Assembly (NCBI GenBank): GCA_963820855.1
Contig: CAWGBY010000009.1
Location: 764,756 to 828,755 of the forward strand
Reading direction: 5' to 3'
Source of the DNA: an uncultured Acidobacteriota bacterium
GTDB taxonomy: Bacteria > Acidobacteriota > Vicinamibacteria > Marinacidobacterales > SMYC01
Length of the DNA: 64,000 nucleotides
Shown here: one piece after another, positions 47,672 to 59,597 of the stretch
How positions within the stretch are numbered: the first letter of the stretch is position 1
Layout: every line of letters begins with the position of its first letter
Translations under genes and position numbers: made by a program
The notes under the pieces: generated by a model
Told to the model about the DNA's origin: nothing
Databases searched by the model: none
What the model saw: the letters and a program-made list of their open reading frames with translations, nothing else

Positions 47672-48118
47672 TCAATCGCTCGACAGGAGGATGTCCCAGA
47701 GACTCACGTGGAAGAGCTTTTTCTGCCGCGCTGGCTGCAGGTACCAGACCACCGCCGGGAGCGAAAGGATGTGAAACGCGGATATGGCCGCGAGCATGGG
47801 CGTGATGTGGATGGGAGCGTGGAAGACGAAGTGAGCGAGACCGCGGATGCCGAGATAGAAAGCGAGCAGCAGATACCCGAGCACCAGCGCCGCGAGCCGC
47901 CCGATGGCCGCGAACCTCCAGATCAGATACGCGATTGCCAGGTAGATGATGGGATCGGCGGCGAGGGTCCAGAACGAGTGGTCCGCCATGGGAACGAAGG
48001 ACCACGGATGATCGGCGTCATAGTACTTGCCGATCGGCTCGATGAAGGCCGCGAGAACGAAGTACAGGGCGACGAGATAGACGCCCGTAGGTTTCTCGCC
48101 ATTCGGATCCGAGGACAT
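47672..48118 (-). CDS. hypothetical integral membrane protein
   Basis: 148-aa intact ORF with four hydrophobic helices. No family recognised. Confidence 0.7.
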   Translation of the reverse strand: MSSDPNGEKPTGVYLVALYFVLAAFIEPIGKYYDADHPWSFVPMADHSFWTLAADPIIYLAIAYLIWRFAAIGRLAALVLGYLLLAFYLGIRGLAHFVFHAPIHITPMLAAISAFHILSLPAVVWYLQPARQKKLFHVSLWDILLSSD

Positions 48119-48225
48119 GACCCCTCAACATCATTATAAGGAACGGACCGCGCGACGAAAAACCAAACCTGCGGTATAATTCTCCGAATCGTCCCGATTT
48201 CGGAAAAACTGACAGGAAACCCCTC

Positions 48226-49803
48226 TTGACTGTCTGGAGCCTCGCGCTGGTTCTCGCGTCCGGCCTGCGCACGCTCGTGCTCCCGTTCGAGAACCTGTCC
48301 GAAGATCGCTCGCAGGACTGGAAGGGAAGCGCTTTCGAGGAAGCGGTCGGCTCTCATCTGGAGTCCGCGGGGCTCGACGTGATCGAGCTCGGAGCGAGGA
48401 ACCGTGAGCTCCTCGAGAAGGGCTTGAACCTCGGCGGGCCGATCACCCGCGCGTCGGCAATCGTGCTGGCCAAGGATCTCGGAGCCGATCGGCTCGTCCT
48501 CGGTGAGTTCCGACTCGTGGAAGGGCGAATCGAGGTGACGGCCCGCCTCATCGATCTGAATCGCGGGGCGACCCTCGGCGTCGTCGACGACTTCGCGGAG
48601 TCGGAAAAATTCGCGCGGCTCACGAATCAAATTGCGAAAAACCTCTTTCGCCTCGAGCGCGATGGGCCCCCGCCGAGCTACGACGCCGAAGCCGAACGGC
48701 GCCTGAAAATCCCCCTCGCGGCCCTCGAAGCCGCGGCACTGGCCCGCACGGAAAGCGACGTCGTTCAGCAAAAAGCACTCCTTTCGAAAGCGCTTTCGAG
48801 TCATCCCGACTACCTGGAGGTTCGCCTTCTCCTGGGAGACCGTCTTCTCGAGGAGGGGCTGCCGCGCGAAGCGACCGAAGTCCTGGCCGCGGTCCGTGGG
48901 CGAGGTCGCCTCTACGAGCGCGCCTACTTCGATCTCGGCCTCGCGTACCTCGATGCGTCCGAGCCCCAGCTCGCTTTCGAGGTCTTTCGAAATCTCGTCG
49001 AAAGAGACGGCGCGAATGCCGCCTTCCATAACAACCTTGGTGTCGCTCTGATGCGGCTGGATCGAATTCCCGAAGCGATCGAGATGTTCGAGCGCGCGCA
49101 CGAGCTCGGCCCCGACCAGAGGACCTGTCTCTTCAATCTCGCCTGGGCCCAGTGGCGCGCCGGCAAAGGGGCCATCGCGTTCGAGCTCTTCGAAGATCTC
49201 GCCTCGCAGGATCCCATCGACCCCGAAGCCCATTTCGTCCTGGCGGAGGCCGCTGTCTCCCAGGCCCGTCCCGCCGTCGCGGAGCGAAGCCGCGCGTCGG
49301 CGCTCGTTCTCGCGCCCTATCTCGAAGGAGTCGATGTGCGGACGGTTTCCAACTGGGAACGAACGCTCGACGACAGCGCGCCGGGAAAGCCGGGCTCGGA
49401 AATCTCCTGGCTCGATGCTTCGATCGAGATCGACGAAGACGTCTTCGGGCTTGCCGAGCTCCTCGATGCGCGGGAGCTCCGCGCCCGCGGGCGGGCCGAG
49501 GAAGCCGTTCAGCTTCTGCAGCGAAGCCTCTATCGCGATCCCAACGACACCGGCAGCCGTCGAGAGCTCGCGGACATCTACCGGGAGAGGGGAGAGCTCG
49601 AGGAAGCTCTTTCCGAGCTCTCGATCCTCCTCTGGACGGAGCCCTCCGCGGAAACGCACCTCCGCCTCGCGCGCGTCTATCTGCAGATGCAGGAGCCCGG
49701 AAAAGCCGTCGAGCAAGTGGACATGGCCCTCGAGCTCGAACCCGAGCATCCCGGCGCGCGGGGACTCCGAAGCGAGATCGCCACCCAACTAATCCTGCGC
49801 TAG
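48226..49803 (+). CDS. tetratricopeptide-repeat protein with N-terminal signal and a small alpha/beta domain
   Basis: 525-aa intact ORF (TTG start). The N-terminal approximately 130 aa (LVLPFENLSEDRSQDWKGSAFEEAV...RLVLGEFRLVEGRIEVTARLIDL) are followed by multiple TPR-like repeats to the C-terminus. Confidence 0.8.
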   Translation: MTVWSLALVLASGLRTLVLPFENLSEDRSQDWKGSAFEEAVGSHLESAGLDVIELGARNRELLEKGLNLGGPITRASAIVLAKDLGADRLVLGEFRLVEGRIEVTARLIDLNRGATLGVVDDFAESEKFARLTNQIAKNLFRLERDGPPPSYDAEAERRLKIPLAALEAAALARTESDVVQQKALLSKALSSHPDYLEVRLLLGDRLLEEGLPREATEVLAAVRGRGRLYERAYFDLGLAYLDASEPQLAFEVFRNLVERDGANAAFHNNLGVALMRLDRIPEAIEMFERAHELGPDQRTCLFNLAWAQWRAGKGAIAFELFEDLASQDPIDPEAHFVLAEAAVSQARPAVAERSRASALVLAPYLEGVDVRTVSNWERTLDDSAPGKPGSEISWLDASIEIDEDVFGLAELLDARELRARGRAEEAVQLLQRSLYRDPNDTGSRRELADIYRERGELEEALSELSILLWTEPSAETHLRLARVYLQMQEPGKAVEQVDMALELEPEHPGARGLRSEIATQLILR

Positions 49804-49813
49804 GATAGGCTCG

Positions 49814-50385
49814 ATGCAAGGCATCGTCGCGCTCGTGCTTCTCTCTCACTCTCGCGCCGCAGGCCGCGAATCCGGATCTCGAGCAGAAGCTCGAGGAGAT
49901 TCGCATTCGCTACGAGAACGGGCTCCACAGAGGCGAAGGACTACGAGATCCAGGAAGTCGAGGCCAACGACTATCTGAGGGCGCAGAAGGCGGACCTCCC
50001 CGAGGGAGTGGAGAGCCCTTGGATGAATTTTCAGGAGGGAACGACCGTGGTCGGCGCGACCGTCGACCTCGAGAAGTTCCGCGCCAACCTTCCTCCCTCG
50101 ATGCTTTTCCAGCTCCTCAAGGGCCGCGTGCCCGTCGAGATCGAAGCCCGGTTCGCGGGCGCGAAAGGGGTCGGGACGCTCGACCTGGTCCGGGTGGAGC
50201 TCGGGGGGCTCGAGCTTCCCGATAGCCTGGTCTCCGCGATGTCGACGTCGGACACGGCGCGCCAGCTGCTTCCTCCGGGGTTTCGCCTGGGCGAGCCGTT
50301 CGAGCTTCCTTACGATCTCGAGAGCATCCGGTGCCTCCTGGGCTCGGTCCAGATCCATCAGCGCTCCACCCCCGTCGACAAGTAG
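49814..50385 (+). CDS. hypothetical secreted protein (two frame breaks near the 5' end)
   Basis: ATG 49814 gives MQGIVALVLLS, which continues in other frames as LTLAPQAANPDLEQKLEEIRIRYEN and STEAKDYEIQEVEANDYLRAQKADLPEGVESPW, joining ORF 50008..50385. No family recognised. Confidence 0.5.
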
Positions 50386-50413
50386 AATCCCGGCGTAGAC
50401 GCGCCCGGGAGCA

Positions 50414-52528
50414 ATGCTCGATATCGATACGCCCATTCAATTCGTGAAGGGCGTCGGTCCCGCCAAATCGGATGCCCTGGCGAAAGCCGGCATTCGTACC
50501 GTCTACGACCTCCTCCTCTACCTTCCGTTCCGCTACGAGGACCGGAGCCGTCGACTTCAAATCAAAGACATTCAGGCGGGTCAGGAGGCGACGGTCGAAG
50601 TCGAAGTGGTCGCGCTCCGAGTGAAGAGCACGAGGCGCCGAAATTTCAAGATCGTCGAGCTGGTCGCGAAGGACGAGACCGGGGAGATGAAGGCGGTGTG
50701 GTTCAACCAGGAATACCTGAAAGACACGCTGACGCCGGGCCGGCGCTTGCTCGTCTTCGGGCGGTTCGAGAGGAGCGGGTTCACGCTCTTTCCGGAAGTG
50801 AAGAACCCTCACTACGAGCTCGTCGAGGCAGGTCAGGACGACACGACACACGCCGGCCGCATCGTGCCGGTCTACGAGCGGATCGGTCCCATGTCCCCGA
50901 AGCAGCTTCGGCGGGTCCTTCACTTTCTGGTCGCCGGAATGCCCCGCCGCGTCCCCGAGATCCTGCCTCCCGATATCCGCGCCCGTTACCGCTTTCCGCT
51001 CCGGGAGGAAGCGATCGCGCTCGTTCATTTTCCGAACGAACCGACGGAGGAAGAGCCTCTCGACGACTACAACCGCTTCCGCTCGGCCGCCCAGAGGCGT
51101 CTCATCTTCGAGGAGTTCTTCCTCTTCTTCATCGGCCTCGAGCTGCGGCGAGCGGAGGACCAGAAGCTTCGCAAGAAGAGGCCCTTCGTGGTGAACGACG
51201 AGGTGCGCGAGGTCGTCCGCCGAGATCCTTCCCTTCCGCCTCACCGGCGCCCAGCGCGAAGCCCTGAAGGCCATCGCCGATGACCTCGCGAACGAGACTC
51301 CGATGCGCCGGCTCCTTCAGGGCGACGTCGGTTCCGGAAAGACCATCGTCGGAATCCTCGCTTCGCTCATCGCGATCAAAGCCGGGGCGCAGGCCGCGTT
51401 CATGGCCCCGACCGAGATCCTGGCCGAGCAGCACTTCGCCGGACACGAAGAAGCTCCTCGAGCCCGCGGGATTCAAGGTCGCTCTCCTGAGCTCGCGCCT
51501 CAAGAAGTCCGATCGGGAGAGACTTCTCGCCGAGATCGAAGGGGGCCGCGTCGACCTGGTGATCGGGACCCACGCGCTCATCCAGGAGGGAGTGCGCTTC
51601 CGTGAGCTCGGGCTCGCCATCATCGACGAGCAGCATCGCTTCGGCGTTCTGCAGCGGGCGGAGCTGAGCGAGAAGGGCTTCGGCTGCGACCTGCTGTTCA
51701 TGACCGCGACTCCCGATTCCACGAAGTCTCGCGCTCACGCTTCACGGCGACCTGCAGAGCTCGATCCTCGACGAGCTTCCTCCGGGTCGAAAGCCGATCG
51801 TGACCGAACGACTCGACGACGCCAATCTGAAGCGCGTCTTCCAGCTCATGGAGCGCGAGATCGAGAAGGGCCACCAGGTCTATTTCGTCTGTCCTCTGGT
51901 GGAGGAATCGGAGAAGATGGACCTGAAGGCGGCGGTGGCCCGCTATGAGTCTCTCGTCGCGGGACCGTTTCGCGGCCGACGGGTGGCGCTGGTCCATGGA
52001 AAGATGGCCGCGGAGGAGCGCGAGGAGGCGATGGATCGCTTCGCGCGGGGTCAGGTCGACATTCTGGTGGCGACGACCGTGGTCGAGGTGGGAGTCGACG
52101 TGAAGAACGCTACGCTCATGGTCATCGAGCACGCGGAGCGCTTCGGCCTCGCGCAGCTCCACCAGCTCCGCGGCCGCGTCGGGAGAGGCGAAGCGCCGTC
52201 GAGGGCGATTCTTCTGACCTATGAGCCGGCGAGCGCCGAGGCGGAAGCGAGGCTTTCGGCGATGCTCGAGACCGAGGACGGCTTCGTCATCGCGGAGCGC
52301 GACCTGAAGATCCGGGGACCCGGGGACTACTTCGGAACGCGACAGTCCGGGCTGCCTCTCTTCCGCATCGCCGACATGCTGCGCGACGAGGACATTCTCG
52401 AAGAGGCCAAGCGGGATGCGCGGGAGCTCGTCGCCGCGGGCGGACTCACTACCGCGGAGGGCAGAGAGCTTCGCCGCCAGGTCGTGGTCCACTGGGGCCG
52501 CAGGTTCGGGCTCGTGGAGGCGGGCTGA
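50414..52528 (+). CDS. recG: ATP-dependent DNA helicase RecG (three apparent frame breaks)
   Basis: It has the wedge-domain N-terminus ([38 protein letters not shown]), helicase motifs [26 protein letters not shown] (at a break), [10 protein letters not shown] and [12 protein letters not shown], and the C-terminal TRG-like segment. Breaks lie near 51220, 51440 and 51715. Confidence 0.95.
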
Positions 52529-52530
52529 AC

Positions 52531-53086
52531 ATGCGCATCGGAAGCGGCGAGATGCAGAGGACGGCGGCTTCACGCCCCGAGAGGCGAGAGGACCCGGCCC
52601 ACGAGCGGTCGGCTCAAGAAGTCGCTCTTCGACGTCCTCGCGGGTCGGCTTCCCGACGCGAGGGTCCTCGACCTCTACGCGGGGTCGGGCGCTCTCGCTT
52701 TCGAGGCCCTTTCCCGCGGGGCCGCGCAGGCGGTCGTCGTGGAGCGAAATCGCAAGGCCTGTGAGTCGATCCGGCGTGAACGCGTTCGAGCTTCGTCTCT
52801 CCGACCGGGTCGAGATCCTCGCGATGGACGTCTCGAGCGGCCTCTCGAAGCTCCGCCATCGAGGCGACCGCTTCGACGTCATCTTCGCCGATCCGCCGTA
52901 TCGCTCGAGCGAGTCCGAGGACCTCCTGGTGAATCTCGGCGAGGGGCGGGTGCTGGCGGAGGGAGGACTCCTGATCCTGGAGCATCACCACAAACGCGAG
53001 CTTCGCGATCGCTACGGCTCGCTCGTCGCGGGTGAGGGTGTTGAAGGCAGGCGAGAGCACCCTCACGCTCTTCGGCACCGGAGTGA
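52531..53086 (+). CDS. rsmD: 16S rRNA (guanine966-N2)-methyltransferase RsmD (frame breaks; 3' end uncertain)
   Basis: [43 protein letters not shown] and DVIFADPPY are the RsmD/N6_N4_Mtase signatures, spread over frames. The position between recG and coaD is the usual synteny. Confidence 0.8.
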
Positions 53087-53120
53087 ACTCGGACGCGGGC
53101 CTTGTGCTAGGCTTTCTCCG

Positions 53121-53634
53121 ATGGCGCCACCACGGGTCGCGATCTACCCGGGCTCGTTCGATCCCCTGACTCTGGGCCATGTCGACATCATCGAGCGGGG
53201 AAGCGCCCTCTTCGACTCCATCATCGTGGCCGTGCTGCGAAACGTCGAAAAGAGCCCGCTCTTCACGGTCGAGGAGCGCCTGCAGATGATCCGCGACACT
53301 TTCCGCGAGCGCGGGAACGTCGAGGCGGACTCCTTCAGCGGCCTTCTGGTCGACTATGCCTCTTCCCGCAAGGCGACCACCATCGTGCGCGGCATCCGCG
53401 CGATCTCGGACTTCGAGTACGAGTTCCAGATGGCGCTCATGAACCGGCGGCTGCGCCCCGACGATCGAGACGGTGTTCATGATGCCGGCCGAGGAGTATT
53501 CGTACGTGAGCTCGCGGCTGGTGAAGGAAGTCGCGAGCCTCGGAGGCAACGTTTCCGGGCTCGTGCCCGATGACGTGGAGAAAAAGCTTCTGGACCGAGT
53601 CCGGCGACAGCCCGGAAAAGAAATCGGGGAGTGA
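53121..53634 (+). CDS. coaD: pantetheine-phosphate adenylyltransferase (one frame break near 53460)
   Basis: [44 protein letters not shown] and, after the shift, [34 protein letters not shown] are canonical CoaD. Confidence 0.9.
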
Positions 53635-53638
53635 CACG

Positions 53639-54833
53639 ATGGCGGAAGTAAAAGCAATGCGGCTCGCGAGTCGAGTGAGCCAGATCGTAACCTCGCCCAC
53701 CATGGCGGTCATGGCCGAGGCCATGCGGCTTCGCGCTCAAGGCGAGGACGTCGTCGATTTCTCGGCCGGGGAGCCGGACTTCCCGACCCCTCCGCACATC
53801 AAGAAGGCGGGCGAGGAGGCGATCGCCTCGAACTTCACCCGCTACACGCCGAACGCGGGCATCCCCGAGCTGAAGAAGGCCGTCGCCGAGCGCTACCGAA
53901 AGACTACGGGCTCGAGTTCGAGCCGCTCGGGGGTCATCATTTCGAGCGGCGGAAAGCACGCTCTCCTGAACCTCATGCTCGCCATCGTCGAGCCGGGCGA
54001 CGAGGTGGTGATCCCGACGCCGTACTGGATGACGTTCTCGGAGCAGGTGCGCCTCGCGGGCGGCGATCCGGTTCTCGTTCCCACATCGGAGGAGGACGGC
54101 TTTCGGGTGACCGCGGACGTCATCGCGAAGGCCCTATCGCGACAAGACCCGCATCCTGCTCGTGAACGTGCCCTCGAATCCGACGGGTGCGGTCATCTCC
54201 GGAGACGAGCTCCGGCGCCTCGGCGATCTGGTGAAGGATCGCGACCTCTTCTTTCTCTGGGACGACACGTACGCGCGGCTCATGTTCGACCCTCCGCCGT
54301 CGGAAGCGCTTCGCTACGTCCAGAGGCTTCTCTCCGATCGATTCATCATCGCGGGCACCGCTTCGAAGGCCTACGCCATGACCGGCTGGAGGATCGGCTG
54401 GGCGATGGGCCCGAAGGAGCTCATCGACGCCTGCGCTTCCCTCCAGAGCCACATGACCTCGAACGCGAGCTCCATCGCGCAGAAGGCCTGCCTCGAGGCG
54501 GTGCGCTCCGATCAGGGTCCTCTCGCGGAGATGATCGCGGAGTACAAGTGGCGGGCGGCAAGGCTCCGCGCGGGTCTCCTCGAGAACGCCAAGATTCGCT
54601 GCGCCGCGCCGGGCGGCGGCTTCTATCTCTTCCCGAACGTCTCGGGCTATCTCCGCCGCGGAGAGACGACGACCGATCTCGCCGCGGAGCTCCTGAAGGA
54701 GGAGCGAGTCGCGGTGGTGCCCGGTCCGGCCTTCGGGTGCGAAGGACACCTGCGCGTGAGCTTCGCGACTTCTCGCGAGCGGATCGAAGAGGGTATCTCC
54801 CGGGTGAGGCGCTTTTTCGAGAAGCGCCCGTAA
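53639..54833 (+). CDS. pyridoxal-phosphate-dependent aminotransferase, aspartate aminotransferase-like class I (frame breaks near 53900-54170)
   Basis: DFSAGEPDFPTPPHIKKAGEEAI, YTPNAGIPELKKAVAERY, NVPSNPTGAV, SKAYAMTGWRIGW (PLP lysine) and RVSFATS support the call. Confidence 0.9.
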
Positions 54834-54837
54834 GAAA

Positions 54838-55150
54838 GTGAAGAAACTCTCCGCCGTCCTGCGTCAACCTCCAGAATCCGAAAGAAAAGTTCTGGGGAGT
54901 GCTCCTCTCGATCAAGGCGAGCGGCATCACCATTCGCGGAATCGACCTCAACTCCTTCGACGACTGGAGCCGCGGCGTCGCCAAGGACGACGGGGAAATG
55001 GGACTTTCGACCACGTTCTTTCCCATCCATCGCGTGGAGCGCGTGACGCTCGATGAGAGCATCGGAAACGTCCTGTCTCTCGCGGAGACCTTCGAAGCGC
55101 GGGTGGGAAAGGACGTCTGGAGCTTTCTCGGGCTCGCGCGCGGGACGTAA
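54838..55150 (+). CDS. small hypothetical protein (start uncertain; possible frame break)
   Basis: ORF 54899..55150 (VLLSIKASGITIRGIDLNSFDDWSRGVAKDDGEMGLSTTFFPIHRVERVTLDE...) has coding-like composition. A GTG at 54838 in another frame may be the true start. No family recognised. Confidence 0.45.
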
Positions 55151-55186
55151 TTCGGTCTCAGCGAAAAAACGCCCCCGGAGGTCGAC

Positions 55187-56714
55187 ATGAGACGCGCTAC
55201 GTTCCTGGGAATCGTACTCATCCTCTCCGCCGCCTGCGGCGGTCCGCCGCCCGCCGAGCCCGTCGCTTCTCCTCCGCCCGGCTCCGACGAAGCGCTCGTC
55301 GCTCGTGCGAAGCCGCTCGAGCTGAAGACAGAGTACACACCTCCTCCCGGAGACGCGCTCGAGCACCACACGGCGGGCTTTGCGAAAACCCTCTGCTCGG
55401 CGGTCTTCATCACCGGTCTCGACCCCGACTTCGCCGCGGAGAACGTGGGCTATTTCACCGGCCCGTACGAGGAACGCAAGCACGTGACGGAAAAGCGCAT
55501 CGACCGCGAGAACAAGGCGGTTCACCTGACGCTCGCGACCGGCGTCGTTCGCACCGCGAAATACCTGGGAGACCAGGGCTGTGTGGCCCTTGCCAAAGGC
55601 GAGGACGTAATCCACTACACGCCGGTGAAGCTCACGTCGACTCTTCCCGACGCCGCGACGACTCCGTGGCCCATGGGGGATCTGCTCCCCGAGGAGCCTT
55701 TCCCCGCGGAGCTCGACGCCGCCAAAGTCGCTGCGGCGGTGGACGCCGCGTTCGATTCTCTCAGAAATGACCGCCGCGTTCGTCGTCACCTGGAAGGGCC
55801 GCCTCATCGGCGAGAAATACGGGGACGGCATCGACATGCACACGCCACTCGAAAGCTGGTCGATGGGAAAGAGCCTCACGGCGACCCTCATGGGTATGAT
55901 GATCCAGAAAGGCGTCTATCGGCTCGATCAACCGGCGCCGATTCCGGAGTGGCAGGAGGAGGGGGACCCGAGGGCTCAAATCAAGATTCAGGATCTCCTC
56001 CGGATGTCGAGCGGGTTGCGATGCCCCGCGCCCGGCGAGCCCGGACTCGATCCATCCCTCGGTTACCTCGATCACCTCTATCTCTATACGGGCGGCGCCA
56101 ACTCGTTCCAATGGGCCGCGACCCGGACGCAGGAGTGGCCGCCGAACACCGTCGGACGCTACCGCAACTGCGACCCCGTCCTCATCAACTACCTCGTGCG
56201 GCTCGGAGTCGAAGGAAGGGGCGAGGAGTATCTTTCTTTTCCACGGCGCGAGCTTTTCGACAAAATTGGAATCCGGAACTTCGTGGTCGAGGCCGATCCC
56301 TACGGGAACTTCCTGCTCCAGGGCTACGAGCTCGGATCGGGTAGAGACTGGGCGAGGCTCGGCAATCTCTATCTCCAGGACGGCGTCTGGAACGGGGAGC
56401 GGATCCTCCCGGAGGGCTACATTAAGTTCGTGAGCACGGTCGCACCGGCATGGGCCGCGGACGGAAGGCCCGTCTACGGCGGTTTCTTCTGGATCAACGG
56501 AACGGACGCGTTCCCGATTCCCAGGGACGCGTACTCCATGCAGGGAGCGGGGGGCCAGTACACGATTATCATTCCCTCGCACAGCCTCGTGGTCGTACGC
56601 CTCGGACACTACAAAGGGTCGGAACCGGGCGAAGCGGTAGTCAAGGTCAGCTACCGCGCCGAAGCACTGTCGAAAGCGCTTGCGCTCTTGATGGAGGCGG
56701 TGCCTCGCGGCTGA
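55187..56714 (+). CDS. serine hydrolase (beta-lactamase fold) lipoprotein (one frame break near 55770)
   Basis: It has a lipobox (LILSAACG). The second part (ORF 55767..56714) has the SxxK motif ESWSMGKSLTA and further beta-lactamase-fold segments. Confidence 0.85.
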
Positions 56715-56750
56715 ACGCCGTTTGGAATCAGGGCGTCTCGAACCCGCTCT

Positions 56751-57191
56751 TCAGGGCACCACTTTCGAGTTGTAGTGAGCGTGAGCGAGCTTCCACTTCC
56801 CATCGCGCTTGAACCAGACGTCGGTCTCGTAGGCCTGCTCTTTGGTCTTTTTTCCGTCGGCTTGCCGGGTGAGGACATCCAACCTGTACGTGGCGATGGC
56901 GGTTTCTCCGGTTGGAGAGACCTGCACGCGCACGTCGGAGAGAGCGTTCTTCTCGACGCCGCCGCCTGCCTTGATGAGCGCGTACCAGTCTTTCTTGTAG
57001 TCGGCGAGATTCACCCTTCCGCTCTCGAACCACATCGTGACGTCATCGGCGAAGTAGGAGAAGTAGGCATCGAGCTCGTTTCGCTCGTACGCCCCGTTGA
57101 AGTCGACCTCGAGCTTCTCGATCTCATTCACCGTGGATTGCTGCGCGGCTCCCGGGGCTGCGAGGAGCAGGGGAAGAGCGGTCCAGATCAT
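56751..57191 (-). CDS. NTF2-like (SnoaL/DUF4440-type) secreted protein
   Basis: 146-aa intact ORF with a signal peptide (MIWTALPLLLAAPGAAQ). The pattern F..AY...D.DAYFSYFADDVTMW ... WFKRDGKWKLAHAH is typical of the NTF2-like fold family. Confidence 0.8.
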   Translation of the reverse strand: MIWTALPLLLAAPGAAQQSTVNEIEKLEVDFNGAYERNELDAYFSYFADDVTMWFESGRVNLADYKKDWYALIKAGGGVEKNALSDVRVQVSPTGETAIATYRLDVLTRQADGKKTKEQAYETDVWFKRDGKWKLAHAHYNSKVVP

Positions 57192-57296
57192 CGATATCCT
57201 CCAGTTTTCGGTCGGAACGCGACCGGTGAAATTGTACTTGAATGTCCTCCCCGGAGAGGCTTCCCCCAGGAGTGGACCTTCTGGGCACTTCTGCCG

Positions 57297-58160
57297 TCAG
57301 CGAAAAAACGCGCGCCACACCGCGTCCACGAGCGCGTGCAGAATCGCCGGCGCGAACAGGTTCCCCGCCCTGCGAAAGGTGAGGCCGTAAAAGATTCCCG
57401 CGATCGAGGCCAGTAGAGCGTAGGAGAAATTCGGGGGCGCGTCGTTATCGAGGTGAGCGGCTCCGAAGAGAAGTGACGCCGCGACGAGCGCGCGGGCTCC
57501 CTTCCCCCACCGCTGCTCGAGGAAATTCTGAAGGAGGCCTCGGAAGAGAAGCTCCTCGGGGATTCCGATGAACAAGAGGATCACGAGGAACGATTCCAGG
57601 AACGAAAGAGCGTCGAACGCTCTCGATTGATAGTTGATGAAATCGATCGCGAGGCCGAGGGGAACCGCGATCGCCGTAAAAAGCGCGAAGCTCGCGGCGA
57701 AAGCGAGAGCTCCTCTTCGAGTCAGCCGAAACCGATAACCGATTCCCTCGTGCGCGCGATAGAGGACGAAAAGGAAGACCGCGAGATCGACGGCCAGGAG
57801 CGTTTGAAGACCGTATGACGCTTGTCCCTCGGGCCAGGTCCAGATGCCTTCGAGAAGACGGAGGTCGAAAGGAAGCCAGAGAGCGAGGACCGCGAGATAG
57901 TCGAAGGCGCCCGGGCTTTTGCGGTCTCTGCCGCAGTAGACGAGGAATGCGGGAAGCGTCACGTACGCCACGAGGCGGAGGACGCCGTACGGATGAAAGG
58001 CTCCTGTTCCAAGCGCGTAGATGACGTACGGAAGGAAGAAGACCGGTAGCCAAAGGAATGAGAGCCTCGGTCGGACGTCGGCGAGCCCAAAGTAGAAATA
58101 AGGAAGAAGCAACAGGCAGAGCGCCGTGAGAGCGCTGACGAGCGCGACGCCGAGATTCAC
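57297..58160 (-). CDS. CPBP-family intramembrane glutamic endopeptidase (CAAX protease/Abi-like)
   Basis: It is a polytopic membrane ORF with the conserved motifs PEELLFRG and LLFGAAH, plus a C-terminal H (AILHALVD). The N-terminus may extend upstream. Confidence 0.8.
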   Translation of the reverse strand: MNLGVALVSALTALCLLLLPYFYFGLADVRPRLSFLWLPVFFLPYVIYALGTGAFHPYGVLRLVAYVTLPAFLVYCGRDRKSPGAFDYLAVLALWLPFDLRLLEGIWTWPEGQASYGLQTLLAVDLAVFLFVLYRAHEGIGYRFRLTRRGALAFAASFALFTAIAVPLGLAIDFINYQSRAFDALSFLESFLVILLFIGIPEELLFRGLLQNFLEQRWGKGARALVAASLLFGAAHLDNDAPPNFSYALLASIAGIFYGLTFRRAGNLFAPAILHALVDAVWRAFFR

Positions 58161-58297
58161 GTCGTGAAGGCCGAAGCCGGCGGCTGCCGAAATCAGAAGC
58201 GAGAGGGCGATCGCGAGAAGGGCGTATTTGCCCGTGGGGTTCTGCCCACGCCTCCGACTCTAGATACTGTAGTTACAGGACCTCTGGCCACAATATC

Positions 58298-58326
58298 TTG
58301 ACTCCGAGCGACACCGGTGCTACGTT
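58298..58326 (+). promoter_or_regulatory. putative promoter of the fadL-like gene
   Basis: TTGACT (58298-58303), 17 nt, TACGTT (58321-58326), then AGGGAGG (58341-58347) and ATG 58354. An inverted repeat CTGTA-gt-TACAG at 58267-58278 lies just upstream. Confidence 0.35.
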
Positions 58327-58353
58327 CGCCCCTAAATAATAGGGAGGCGGAAG

Positions 58354-59597
58354 ATGTACTTGAAGGGGTTTTTCGGGGGCACCCTGCTTTTCGTCGCGGC
58401 TTCGGCCACGGCCCAGGGAATCATTTTTCCGAGCACCGGGGCGCGGCATCGCGCTATGGCCGGGGCGTCGACCGCGGCTCCCATCGATGCCGCGGGCGCG
58501 ACGTATTGGAATCCTTCGGTGATGGCGGCGATGGAGGACGGCGAGGTATTCGTGGGCGTGGATTTTATTTACGCCAACACCTTTCTTGACTCCGCGGTCG
58601 CGGCCACGGGGGCGTTCGGAAGCAATCGCAGCGACAGCGGTTTATCGGGGGCGCCCTCGTTCGCCGTCGTCACCCGCCCGGAGAACTCGTCGTTCACCTA
58701 CGGAGTCGGGGTCATCGGGATCGTGGGCCGCACCATCGATTTCCCGGGAAGCGAATTCAACCCGGTCCTGAAGCCCTACGACCCGCCGAACTCCTTCGGT
58801 TTCGGCCCGGTGTCCTCTCGGACCTCCGGCCTGGTCATCTCGCCGATGATGTCGAAGCAGCTCACCGACCTCATCGCCGTCGGCGTCGGCGCTCAGGTGA
58901 CCTCGCTCTCCCTCGCGCTCGACCCGGCGTTTTTCGCCGATCGCCTGCCCAGTGGAATCTTTCCGCCTGCGACCCAGGGCCGCTCGTACTGGGGCGCCGG
59001 CTTTCAGGCGGGAGTCCTCCTGACGCCCAATTCGATGTGGAACTTCGGTGCAGCGTACAAGAGCCGCATGCAGTTCGAGAGCTTCGACTTCAACTCCAAG
59101 GACGGGAGGGGTCGGCCGATTCCGCTGTCGCTCGAGCTTTCGTTTCCGTGGGTCCTCACCTTCGGCGCGGCATACAAAGGGATCGAGAAGACTCTCATCT
59201 CCTTCGACGTCCGCCACCTTGCCTACGACAATGCAAAGCTCTTCGGCGATCCGCCCGCCGAAGGCGGGCTCGGCTGGTCGAGCATCTGGGCCTTCGCGCT
59301 CGGCGGCGAGCGCAAGCTGAACGAAATGATCGCGGTCCAGGGCAGGCCTCTGCCTTGAACGGGGACCCGATCCCCGAAGCCGCGACGCTTCTCAACATTC
59401 AGCTCCCGGCGATCAACAAGTACTCGATTTCCGGCGGAATGTCGGTCGCGCTCACCGAACGGGTGGACATCACGGGAAGCGTCGTCTACGGATTTCTGCA
59501 CACGAACCGGGGGACGATCCTGCAGATCCCCGGGACGGTGATCGAGCTCCGGCAGGACCTCTACACCTTCAGCCTGGGGCTCACGTTCCAGCTTTAG
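58354..59597 (+). CDS. OmpP1/FadL/TodX-family outer-membrane transport protein (one frame break near 59340)
   Basis: It has a signal peptide (LLFVAASATAQG). GARHRAMAGASTAAPIDAAGATYWNPS is the typical FadL N-terminal hatch region, followed by alternating beta-strand patterning. The C-terminal strands are in ORF 59037..59597, ending LGLTFQL. Confidence 0.85.
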
